Positions 25,701 to 36,928 of a DNA stretch of 64,000 nt are shown here, piece after piece. The number at the start of each line of letters is the position of its first letter. The stretch's first letter is position 1. The notes beneath the pieces are model-generated. The model had not been told where the DNA came from. It searched no databases and saw nothing but the letters and a program-made list of their open reading frames with translations. Made by a program: the position numbers and the translations under genes. Source of the stretch: Moniliella sp. 'wahieum' (Eukaryota); NCBI GenBank assembly GCA_003971905.1, contig RSEE01000031.1, positions 434,001-498,000 on the forward strand, in the 5' to 3' direction.

Positions 25701-27019
25701 CGACCTTTTTCTTCTTCGATGTCCTCGGTCTGAGGCCGCCGGCCGATCGCACTCGTTCATCAACCGAGAAGAGGCCCAGGTGGCAGTCGCATTATATGAG
25801 CGACTTCTTCATTTTTTCCCCACCCAGGACTTTACCCACCGAATCGGCGTTGTGACCTCGTACAAGGATCAAGTTGATGAGCTTCGGAAGGCGTTCGCGG
25901 CCAGGTATGGCTGGGACATTACCACCACTGTCGACTTTGGGACGGTTGACGGTTTCCAAGGCCAGGAAAAAGATTATCATACTTTCGCTTGTTCGCTCCT
26001 CTAGCATCGGCTTCTTGGCGGATATGCGTCGCATGAACGTCGCCCTGACTCGGGCCCGGGCAAGTCTGTTCGTACTGGGACATGTGCCCAACTTGCGTAA
26101 GAATCCAACCTGGAGTGCGTTGATTGATGCAGCCAAGTCGGCGGGCTTGGTCAAGTCGGTCACTGCCGACACAATCCGCAGGATGCCCATCCAGCGACCT
26201 AAGGCGGAGGCCAAGCCCGCCACATTGGCAGCCCGACTTTCTGTCGATGTGGCCAAAATCAACCCCATTGGCGCACAAAACGGACCGGATTCCCAAGGAA
26301 ACGGCAACGACCGCCAAATTCCAAAGGCATGGCTGCTACGCCCCCCCAAGGACCTTTTCCCCGTCAAGAAGCGTATCGTCAGTATTCCTGATGAGTTGGG
26401 AAAGGCTCAGCCCCAGTGCAAGAGCGTGGCTCTACCTTCCTACAATTCACCCTCGTCGAAAAACCCTGTCCCACAGGGTCAGTCCAAGGCTCCACCCACT
26501 CTTCCCATACACAAGCCCGCGCCCAAGCCCAATCTTTTCATGCCTAAGCAGAAGCCCAAGTCCAAGCCCAAGCACAAGTCTACGCTCAATACCACCGTTG
26601 GGCCCACGCCCAAGTCTCCGCCCACTCCCAAGCCCGCACCCAAGCCCGCACCCAAGCCCGCACCCAAGCCCGCCCGCCCAAGCCCGCACCCAAGCCCGCA
26701 CCCAAGCCGCACCCAAGCCCGCACCCAAGCCCGCACCCAAGCCCGTGCCCAAGCCCGCCCCAAGCCCAAGGCCACGCTCGACCCAGCACCTTCCATATCC
26801 AAGCACACTAAGCCTCCGCCTCCGCCTGTGCTTCCCAAACCACCCCCGTCCAAGGGGATCGTGATGTTGAATGATCACGAGGTGCCGACGCTGAAAAAAC
26901 GCAAGAGAGGTGCCGGTTCGACCGGCCAGGCGGCTCCTTTCGTACCTGTGCGGAACGCCGCGGCCGTGGGCAGGGGAGTACGGATGTGGCGGCGACTGGA
27001 CCTCTGCTCGCCGGCCTAG
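19736..27019 (+). CDS. SEN1: Sen1/senataxin SF1 RNA/DNA helicase
   Basis: Sen1 N-terminal traces (IHLFC, LRIFSF, CSHCYRGY); VPRRFDSPKEYIGVFSPLLLMECWAQL; LIQGPPGTGKT; ILLCAPSNAAIDEI; VDEAAQAVE; ILVGDPHQLPPTV; QYRMHP; TVDGFQGQEKD; IGFLADMRRMNVALTRAR. Introns near 22884-23190 and 25494-25573. Both ends are approximate because of indels. Confidence 0.9.
23233..23463 (+). repeat. 18-bp coding minisatellite, about 12.5 copies, encoding (KTTKVA)-like hexapeptides in SEN1
   Basis: Unit consensus AAGACTACGAAGGTGGCC; translation KTTKVA KTAKVA KPAKVA KPAKVA KAAKVA KTTKVA KTTKVA KTTKVD KTTKLD KTTKLD KAAKVA KTAKAV KTTKV. Confidence 0.95.
26627..26770 (+). repeat. 12-bp tandem repeat CCCAAGCCCGCA, encoding (PKPA)n in the SEN1 C-terminal tail
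   Basis: About 11-12 near-perfect copies seen directly; single-base losses in two units shift the frame. Confidence 0.93.
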
Positions 27020-27544
27020 TGGAGCAGGGGGCATGCGGTCCAAGTCCTCGGTCTCCAAGGCCCCGCGGGCTGCGGCCTTTGCCCCCCGCCGTCATTAGCG
27101 TCTGTGTACTTTGCCCTTGGCTACTTACTCCGCCCGGCTGTCAGTACTTGAATTGGCGTGTGTGCACGGTGTTGTGTTTCCCTGGCTTCACCGACGGTCA
27201 GTCCTGACCGGCCTCGCTCCACTGCATATTTGTCCCATACATGGCGCTTACTTGCGCTCTGTTCCAACACACCCCACCCCCACCATCCCCATTTTTATCT
27301 CTCTGCAATGACCCCCCATGCATAAGCACCAACCCATCCGTTGCATCTGTGACCCTTAGGCTGGGCTATTAGCACAGGTAGATTGGCATCAGACCGGGTC
27401 GCAGTGCATTTTGACAACAGGCCGTACTATCACATCGCTCCCGCTCTGGCGGCGAGCACATGGGAGCGGACCAGCTCCTGGTCCGCCTGGGCTGATCGGC
27501 GTCTTCGGTGGCTCCTACGCCATTGGAATCCGCATCCGAAGGCA

Positions 27545-30500
27545 TCAAGCGCGCATCGATGGGGCGGGGGTTCTTGTTGCCTCCTCCCCCTCTTCGGAGG
27601 GCGTGAGGGAAAGCTTGCGCAGCGAGAGGGTCGGGGTGGTAGGTTCGCGGGGCGTAGGGGTCTGCGTATCGTCAAGGGACTCTTGTTGAGGCTTTTGGCC
27701 CAGCTCGTCTTGCGGCTCTTCCGACTCAGGTGGCGAGGGGGGCAGAAACTTGGCGTCGCGCACGACGCGGGCGGCGAGCTGAGGGTCCTCCGGTCGCAGT
27801 GTAGCCAGGAACCGGAGCACCTCCAGAGCCCGGGCAAATTCGCCCCGTCAACCGAGGTGAACGAGGGCGGTCGCGGCCGACTCGGCCTGGTCCGGACTGA
27901 GGCCAAAGACAACGAGCAAGAAGGCGACAGCGGTTTGGGTATCGCCTTGGTCCAATGCCTTGCCCAGTAACGTGTGGGGAGGACCCGCCGCGGCAAATAG
28001 CGTTGGCCAGCGCGACGCTTCGGTTTTGCGTGCACAGTTGGCAATCACGCTCAAGGCATGTGGGAAGCAACGGACCAAACCGATAGCCCGGCGCAGCTCC
28101 TCTGCGCCCCAAGCAGCTTGGCCGGCTTGGTGCGCCTTGCGTGCCTCTGCGCGCAGCACGGCCATTCGACCTATCAGAGCCATCAGAATCGTTCAGCGCC
28201 ATGGGCTGAAGCAGAGTGGGTGTGCCGGGCCGGAAGACGAAGGCGGGGTGCTGGTTGCGGCCGAGGTGGCAGGAGATGGCCCTCCATCCGCAGCATCCTC
28301 CAAGACTGCATATAAGAGGATTTCCAACGCATGGGAAAAGTACCCGAGGGATGCATACGGTGCGGCCAACTCCGCCGCCGAAGCAATCGCGTCGGACGTA
28401 AATGAGTGCTCTGTGAAGCTCAGAGTATGCCGCAAAAGACCCGGAAGGAAAAGGTGGGTAGCAGTCCGGTGCGCCACATGCCAAAGTCCAGACTCTTGCG
28501 GAGGACCAAGCTAGCGTCCATGCCAACCACCACGCCGCGACTAGCAAGGAGGCAGAGCGGGTAAAAGTCGAGTGGCAACACGGTTCCTTGGTCGGAATAT
28601 CCAACCCACTTCCCCATCCTTCGCCCCATTCGCAGCTGCATCTTTGCTCACCAACGACGAGCTGGAGGAGCTTAAGCCCGTCTCACCCGTCCCAGTCGAG
28701 ACGGAAGTCAAGCCATGATGCGCTCCGATTCTTGTCCGGCCTCTTTCCATACTCGAAGCCCATGTCCATCCATAAGCCCACAGTGTGTTATCTAGTGCCT
28801 TGGCGCACCGATCAGCGAGGTGGTCGTCCACACCAACTCGACCTTGTCTGCCAACACGTGCGCATCGTATGCTATTTGCGTTTGCGAGGCAGGTCGCGAA
28901 GTCGCCGAGCCCGAGATGGAACGGGCCAGAGGGTTGGGGGAAGACACTGTGCCTGTGACCAATTGTGGGGTGGAGGCAGAACTTGGTACTAGGGGACGAC
29001 ATGGAAAGTGTTGGGGTTCCCGATGATGTCAAATCCGGGACCGAGGAAGCCGGGCCAACGCCATTGAGGGGCGACGTAGGTGGGTCGGACGCTGGTCCAG
29101 GGCAGGAGGGTCGGCAGGATCGATTGATCCGTTTCTGATTCTGAGGACTTCTCCTTCTTTCACAAGGCTAGCCTCGCTGGGCGAGGAAGGTTTCGGGGTA
29201 GTAGCTGCGGAACCGTTGGGCGAGGGCGGTCCGGCCGAGGGGGAACGAAAGCCCGAGGACGGAGAAGGACAAGGCGACCATTGACAGGAAAACTAAGGTG
29301 GCCTTGTTGAGTACATCCTTAGCTCGATTGATGGCTAAGAGGGGGGCACAAGCCAATCGATAGCCCTCACCCTCGTAGGCTCCGGCACGACCGATGAGAG
29401 CGACAGGTTTCCCATCATCTTGAGCGAAAGAGGGGTCGAGTAGGAACCGCCTGTCGACGCACCCGGGTCACCCATCATGAGCGAGGCGTGGCGCACTACT
29501 CTCCCCTGGGTAGAAAGGCGGACGTGGTATAGGCTGTTGGTCGCAGTGTACAACAGGATGCTCGCCCCGACCCCGTTGCTTGCAGTGACAGGAGGTGGAT
29601 CAGGATAGATGCGCATAAGCACAATGGGGGCCGGTACGCGTTCCATCGCGAGCAAACGCGCATTGTTCAGCGGCGCAGTTGCGTCGTACGCTCGCAACTG
29701 CGCCTCTCCGCCGAGTCGGCTGCCACCAGCACAAAGTGGCCGACCCAGCCAATCCCACCACGAACCGAAAAGCCCTGTTCTTGGTTGATGTGCGCCAGCT
29801 CAAACATGCGCCACTGGCCCACCCCAGCTCATCGGGGCCAGCAACCGATGCGGGGGAGGAAGAAGCGTATGCCAAGCATGCGCCGTCGGGGTCAAACACG
29901 ACACAGCAAACCCCCTTCGCCCAGCAATTGCAACCCAGCCGCCATCTTGGCTGAGCGCAGCAAAGCGAACGGGCCAGTTGAACGCCAGGTAGCGTGGAGG
30001 GAGACGGATGTGTTGCCAGGCTTGGCCTTGGCCTGCACCTTCGCCACCTGAGCGCCCAGAGCTGTTGGGTGCCGGGCGCAAGCTGGAAGGTGCGGCAGCC
30101 GCATCGGGGGCGATGACTTGCCATTCGCTCAGTTCGCGCCCACGGTACAGAATGAGTTTGTCGCCAGCATGCAGCAGGCCATACCCTGCGGCTGCTGCAC
30201 TAGCCGCCCCACCACAGAGTGTGGCCTGGGACGAACGAAGGAAAGGCAGAGCGTACAATTGGGAGTTGGGGTCAATGACTTGGGTTCGGTCCCGGGAGGA
30301 GACGCATCCGGTCGAGCCAACAACACAACCTCGTTATTGCCCATGGACCAGAAGAGACGAGTCGCACCAAACAGATGATCATCTTTGAATCGCCGGTGAA
30401 TTCCACTCCATGAGTCACGGTGGGAGCTAGCAGGAGTCGGCCATAGGTGCTAAACACGGCCCATCCACGAGCATAGCCTACCGCCAAGGCATAACCATCT

Positions 30501-32175
30501 GATGTCCACGCCAGCGAAGTCACCTTACCCAGTTGCGCACCTCCACTTTTAGGCAGACGAATGTGTGCGACGGGGAGGCGTCGCTGTCGCAGTGTACGTG
30601 TATACCTCAACAATGCCACTGCGTGTGCCAATGGCGAGCAGGGAAAAGGGCATTGACCGCACTTGAGGTGGCTTGGCGACCTTGAGCCATCGGACCGGGG
30701 TCCGCCCCGTTTTCTTGTCCTGCCCGATGCTTCCCTTGCTGCTTAGGGGGGCGCAGGTGTTGGGCGTGTTCCCTCGCTAGTGAGAGGGGGGAGGCGCCAT
30801 GGAAGTCTGCCCTGCCCAGGCAAGCATTTGGGGATCCTGAACCAAGCGGGCCGTGTGGGCACGGCCGTCCGAGGTAATCCATATGTACATTGCCATCGAC
30901 GAGCTGTACTCGATGGCCGTCACATGAGCAAGCGTAGCATCATCAACTGCCAACCCATTCGGCAGGATATACCCGTTGGAAACGGGACACCGCTGGCATG
31001 CCCATTGGGAGCCGTGGGCTTAGGCTTGTCACCCAGGGGGGGTGAATCTGCAGCCAAGGCAGGCGACGGAGCAAGGTGGTGTGCGTCTTTTGGCTTGCCC
31101 ATCGGCGTTTGTGTCCGAGGGCCAGGGAATGACTTGGATCGCGGGGGGGTCGGAGGTGGCGACGACAACATGAGTCTCGGTGGCAGTGCAGCTAGCCAAG
31201 TCCGCACGAAAGTCAATAGCTAGACCAACAAAAAAAGGAAAGACGGATCAACGCACCCACTCAGACCAGCGTCCATCTGCATAGCCAACGTAAATTCGAT
31301 CTCAACCAAGTCTGTATTGGAGCTGCCGGCGCGGGCGGCGCCATTCTGCTCGTCAAGCGCTTGGGTGATCTGTTTTGGTAAAGGCGGGGCGCAGCGGGGC
31401 TCCAAAAATCAGAATGGGGATGTGGGAGCTCTCCTGACGTGCGGGAGAAGACATTGTTCATAGCCTGTGGCGCAGGCGCGTACCGTTCGCCCGACTCGGA
31501 CACGAGAGGCGCACGTGGCCCGGTGAGACCCGAAAGAGAGATGGAGCGAGTGTGCGAGTGGACACGGCGCGGACCGGGGGGCAAAGAGGGCGAGTCGGGC
31601 AGGACGGGGACGTAAGCGTAGATGCTTTCGCGGGGCTCGAGCACGCGATAGAGAAGCAAGACATTTGATCGGTCTGGAGGGCGATGCGGCGGGGCTAACT
31701 GCCATCGGGGGTGGGCGAGGCCCAAAAGACGCGCACGCAGTGGCCGTGCTCGGAACACTGGCGCGGTGCGACGGATGGCCGCAACAGCTTGGGTGGGGCG
31801 GTGGTCCAAACAGAGAGCGTGTGGGCGCTAAGACAGGCAAAGTAGACGCCGTCAGGGCTGCGTGCCAGATCAATGAGCTGCTTCGCTCGGCAGCCTCGAC
31901 GGCAGCCGCCACGTCGGCAGCAAGGGAAGAAGGAGGGGCGTCGGGATGGGAATGGCTGCCGGGGCGGCCGAGACGGGCCGTGGGAGGCCGGGGCGCTGGC
32001 AGCTCCACCGACTCGCGGTGCGTGCTCGGCGTCGGCAGCTGCCGCCGCCCGCCGCAGCGACGGCGGCAGCGTGGCGTTCGTGGGCGGCAGCGCCTCCGCG
32101 GGGGAGGGTGGTGGAGCGCATGCAGCCCAGCGGGCCCGAGATGGAGGCGGCGGCAGTGGCCGTGGGCCAGTACAT
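27545..32175 (-). CDS. RIC1: RIC1, subunit of the Ric1-Rgp1 GEF for Ypt6/Rab6
   Basis: Start MYWP; LARSPDGVYFACLSAHTLSVW; DAGLSG/CTATETHVVVAT (intron about 31192-31256); LAWTSDGYALAVG...WAVFSTYGRLL; WQHIRLPPRYLAFNWPVRFAALSQDGGWVAIAGRRG; LPLDFYPL; YFSHALEILLYAVLED; VIANCARKTE...WPTLF; LRFL near the C-terminus. Confidence 0.88.
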
Positions 32176-32405
32176 GCGCGGGGGGGGGCGGGGGGCGGTG
32201 CGCGGGGGCGGGCAGGAGCAGCAGCACCCGTCTGGGTCTCGCTCTGGTCGGTCCAGAGCACCGCTCCACACGCCGCGGAACCAGCCGGGCGGAATGGGCC
32301 ACAGCCAGCACCCGCATCAGCGCGGCCCCCGCCGGCGACCCAGCACAGCACCCGCTGCCCGCCACCCGCCAGCGCCGCATCTTTTTTTTTCAGCCGCCCA
32401 CCGCC

Positions 32406-33877
32406 ATGTCCAACCGTTCCTTCGGCGTCCCCTTCCCCGACCGCGCCGTCGCCGGCAGCCCATCCCCCTCGGCTTTGGCTTTGGCCTGGCTATGCCGTTG
32501 GCAGCCCCGCTCGCCCCGGCTTTGGCGCAGCGCCGCGCTGCCTTCAGCGCTGCCTTCAGCGCTGCCTCCAGCCCCCCGCCGCTACCGACCGCTCGGTTGC
32601 TCCTCCTTTAGCCACGCCCTCCTGGGGCCGCACTCAGCTGCCGACCCACCCGCACTCGGCCCAGCCCAGCCGCAAACGCCGCCTCAGCTTCGGCTCCTCC
32701 GACATGGACTCCGACACCGACGCCCCCACTGCGCCGGCGGTGCTGGAACCTCCAGCGTCGAGCCGCCGTTGCTGCCCAAACGCATGCGCACCGGCTTTGC
32801 GCCCGCTACCACCCTGGTTGACGACCTTCGGTCCAGCCTGCCTTCCCCCTGTCCTTCGGGTCGTACCCCACGCATGACACCAGCCATGCCCCCTGGCGCC
32901 AACCTGTTTGCCACCCGCAGCAGCAGCAGTGGCAACGCCGGTGCCACTGCTGCTTCGGCCACTGCTGCTGCTGCTGCCTCGCCATCTTCGTCGTCTCTTG
33001 CGCTTGCGCAGTCGCATGCCGATGAGCTCGATGTTGGTCTTCTGCTCCCCAGCCTGGACAAGGGCACCCTCGTCTCGCTCGTGCACCGGCTCCTGGTCCA
33101 TGCCGACCCGCACGTTCGCCGAGCCACCCGGTCCGTCATTCCACCACCGACATTGGAGGTAGCCCTGCGCGCGCTGCACGAGGCCCCCAGCACGTCCTCT
33201 CCGTCTTGCCCGACAACCCGTCCACGGCCCGGCCCGAGTACATTTGGTCTCGTGCGCGTGCGCGCGTGGCCGAATTTGCCTCGACAGCCCGAGGGTTGCT
33301 TTCCTACTTCCGCTTGTCGGCCTCCTTGTCCCAGCAGCGGACCAGCTGCACCCGGCCACTGCGTTCCGCTACCTTGCCGCAGCGTGCGAACGTGCCATGG
33401 CGCTCGAAACCACCTTGCCTCCCGTGCCGGCCGCGTGGGCCGCGTTCCCCTCGGCCCCAGGTCCTGTCCCGAGCCGTACAGCCCGCACCAATTCCCACAC
33501 GGCCTCGCCCCCGGACCCGATTGCTACGGCTCTCATTCCTGCGCTGGTCGATGCGGTGCGGGCGTGGGCTGCGATGCTCGCTACGGCCATGGCGCAGGGT
33601 AGGGTTTTGGTGCGGATGCGTGGCCGAGTGGATCACGCGGCTAGCCGAGGTGGCCGACCAGCATGCATCCGCAAACCACGAAGCGGTCCAGTTGTTGGCT
33701 AGCACACTTCGTTCGGTCCGTGCCCAGCTGATCAACTTGTACCGACCTGCGTTGCCGGCCCATGTATTGTCCCCTGCAGGTGCTGAGCTGTCGCCGTCCT
33801 TCTCTGGCTTGCCTGGCGCGGCCGGCTCCCACCACCCTGGCCTCGTCTTACCGCCCAAGGAAGACGAGGAACTGTGA
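32406..33877 (+). CDS. STS1: Nuclear proteasome tethering factor Sts1/Cut8
   Basis: ELDVGLLLPSLDKGTLVSLVHRLL...VIPPPTLEVALRAL, RPEYIWSRARARVAEFA...LLSYF and HPATAFRYL resemble the basidiomycete Cut8 domain as I recall it; basic NLS-like RKRR near the N-terminus. Divergent from RIC1, with about 230 bp between ATGs. Confidence 0.72.
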
Positions 33878-34491
33878 TCAACCAACTATATGCCATGCCG
33901 CTCTGTCTCTTCTCCCTCGTTTGTTCTTTCCGCTTCAATTGGGAACACCATGTCGGACACCCCTTCCCGTGTTTATCACCCATCCCCCTCTCCACTCCGC
34001 CACGCATGCCACCCACTATGCGTATGTCTTCACCGGCTCCATTGTTCTTCCCCCCCCCTCGCCCCACTTTTTTAGCACCACATACCGCTCTCCTTCACAT
34101 TGACTTTATCCGCCGCGTCATGGCGCTCCTTCCTTCGCCCCACCCCACTTTGTGGTTTCCTTATGGCTTGGTCCCTCGTGCCAACTTAATACCGAAGCGG
34201 TACCGAGGGCTCCTTTTCTCCTCTTTTCTTTTCCTGCTCATACTGTTCGTGACGCCTTCTGGGTTCAGCTAGCCGTCCTCCTTGGCAATATCAGCACGTT
34301 TTTTTAGTCTGGCAGTAGGGCTATCTACGAATCAAGATAAGCGGTGGTATGATGCAGTAGGTAGGTAGGTAGGGAGGGAGGCAGGAGGCACGCGTGCACG
34401 CATCCGGAGTAGGAGGGAGTACAGCCGGGTGAGAAAAGGACAGGAAAGGGAAAAGGGAGAAGGGTGTCCTTCGTTTGGGTTCTCCCACCGA

Positions 34492-35430
34492 CTAGTGGCC
34501 AGCCGCCTTGGCGCTCGATTCCTTGAGGGCGAGAAGCTGTTTGGTGCGGAACGATTCGTAGTGAATCTGCGCCGTGGTTTCGATCAAGTCCTGGAGGTGG
34601 GTGCGAGTGAGGAAGTTGCGCAGGTAGACAAACTCGCAGTGGTTTTCATTTTCCACTTGCACCACCCCGTAGCGGGACTTGCGGCCGATCACCGTCTTGC
34701 CATCCACCACCACGCTCCGTTCGGAACCGACAATGGCGAGCGGGATCAGGTCGCGGATGCGTTCGTTGAGCTCGCGCTCCTCTTCGTCCAGATCGGCATC
34801 GTCAAAGGGGTAGAGCGGATCTCGTTGAAGGCAAGTTCGGCGCGGATGCGCTGCTTAAACACCTCCCGCTCCTCCAGCGTCAGCCCGTCCGACTTGGCAA
34901 TCACCGGCACCACATTTACCACCTCGGCCAGCTTCTTCATCACGATCAGGTCGATGGGCCGGAGAGAGTGGCCGGGGGTTGATGAAGAAAGGCAGCAGTG
35001 AATGCGGGTGTCGGTGATGTACCGGTCACGAAGGGCAGTGAGCTCCTTGCGGAGGTAGGCGCTGTGCTGGTCCTTGATGTACTTGACAATGGGTGTCCCA
35101 GCTGCCTTCGTTTTGACCTGGTCACCGTAGCCGGGCGTGTCGACAATGTTGAGGCGGAGCTTGACGCCGTTCTCGACAATCACATGGCTCACCGGGTGGA
35201 TCTCGGTGGTGGAGCGCGGCAGGACATCGGCCTCAAAGCGGCCCTTGGTCGATCAGATGGCTGGCAAAGAGCGTGTTGACGAGCGTGCTCTTGCCGAGGC
35301 CGGTCTGGCCGACGACCATGACGTTGAATTGGAAGCCGCGCTTGAGGAGCTTGCTCTCGATCTGGCGGGTGATGGAGTCGAAGCCAACGTAGCCCTGGAG
35401 AGGCGTGACCTCGTCGACGGTAGCGGCCAT
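34492..35430 (-). CDS. CDC10: Septin, Cdc10/Spn2/AspD group
   Basis: [104 protein letters not shown]...HYE; no C-terminal coiled coil. Confidence 0.95.
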
Positions 35431-36099
35431 GGTGGGTACGAGGGGCAGAGGAGGTGGTGGGGGGCGGGTGTGGCGCGGCGAGCGAAGGGCGGGGCGGCGG
35501 GCAGGCATGCTGGCCACCTGCCACGACGAGACGGGCGCCGTGCGGGGTGGCCTGGGCCAGACACAGCGCTGGGCTTCGGTCGCTGCTTCTGCCGCGGCGC
35601 GCTGTGGGAGGCCGCCTGCCTGTGCCCGCCTGCCTGCGCCGACGCGCGCCACTCGCCCCGGGCACGCGGCCAGTGTCGTCCGCCCGACGCGCCACTCCCG
35701 CAGCGCCTGCCGCCGGCGCCGCGCCAGTGTCTCGTGCCAGCCCCTCTCATGCGCCCCTGTGCCCCCCCTGCCTGCCGCTGTTCCAGCAAGGCAGTGCACG
35801 TGACCTCCTCCAAGTTTCAAGCACACTGCCACGCTGGCATGTCGCCTCGTCCGCTCAGGCACACAACGTGCGCCGGTAAGCTTTGCCCTCTGCCCCCACC
35901 CATCCATTCTCCTCCCCCCCCACCCCCATCCCCAGCCCACCGACCCCCCCAACCTGCTGTGCCATCCGTAGGACAGGGGGTGAAGCCCATCTGAGCTGGG
36001 GAGCAGCATCAAAAGCCCTGAATCCAGCGGCCCAAACGGACTTGGTGAATGATGTCTGCGTGCACTAAGGGAAAACAGCTGCGCCGGGAGGAGTTCTGT

Positions 36100-36660
36100 G
36101 CAATGCGCTGGGACTAAGGTGTGGTATGGCTTTGGGTCCCGCCGGATGGGCCCTCCTAACGCCCAGGCCTTAGCCTCGGCCTCAGGTGAGGGCCGCAGGG
36201 CCCGGCCTACACCTAACCACCAAGGCGTACCGTGAGGGGACCTACAACCATGCGGCCTGAGGCGCAAAGAGTCTATTAGGCTATCGCCACAGCGGTATTG
36301 GCGGGATTGCCAGCTATCTATATTGTGTGGATGCATGAAGTGCCTGAGGTGTCTTGATCCAGGCATTGATTGCGTCAGGGTGGGTCAAGTGTAGGTATAC
36401 GCCCAAGGTATTTGAAGACAATGGTATCTTTTTGTCGCCGCCGCCTGGTGTCTCTGCCCCGCACTGAACACACGCCGCCCTTTTTCCCCGCCGAAATAGG
36501 TCCAATCCCCGCACGCTCCCCCAAAAATCAGTAAGGTACTCGATATCTTTAACGCCGTGTCCGCCTCGGTACCGCCGCGTTCTCAGTACGCCCGTAAGCT
36601 GACAGGCCGTGACTGTCACATCTGTGCACAGCCAAGAAGGGCGGGGCGACAGCGACAGCG
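36100..36660 (-). pseudogene. Probable decayed non-LTR (LINE) reverse transcriptase fragment
   Basis: In order on the minus strand: WLCTDVTV (YADD-like), FWGSVRGLDLFRRGK (W..GL.F...K-like), and FKYLG/VYL across a 1-nt shift near 36400, followed by stops. Boundaries are uncertain. Confidence 0.4.
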
Positions 36661-36928
36661 GCGACGGCGGCGCTACCATCGGCCATCCCCATATCCGGTT
36701 GGTCCGTCCCGTCTGCCCGACGGTATTATACCCCAGCTTCCCAGCACTCGCACGCACTAGCGGGCACTCGCCCTTTAAACATTTCATCTGCCATTCAATA
36801 TTCACCCCGGCTTGGCGCCTTGGGGCGTCGCGTCAAGCCTCAAGCTTCCACTGGGAGGAGCGTGCAATGTGCTTGGGAGCACCCCCTCCGCCCCCCACCC
36901 GCCACGCTCCACGCTCCATCCTCCCCCC

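Noticed and set aside
31665..32405. Long + strand ORF extension overlapping the RIC1 5' end
   Set aside because: It is an antisense open frame in very GC-rich sequence; the STS1 homology starts at ATG 32406.
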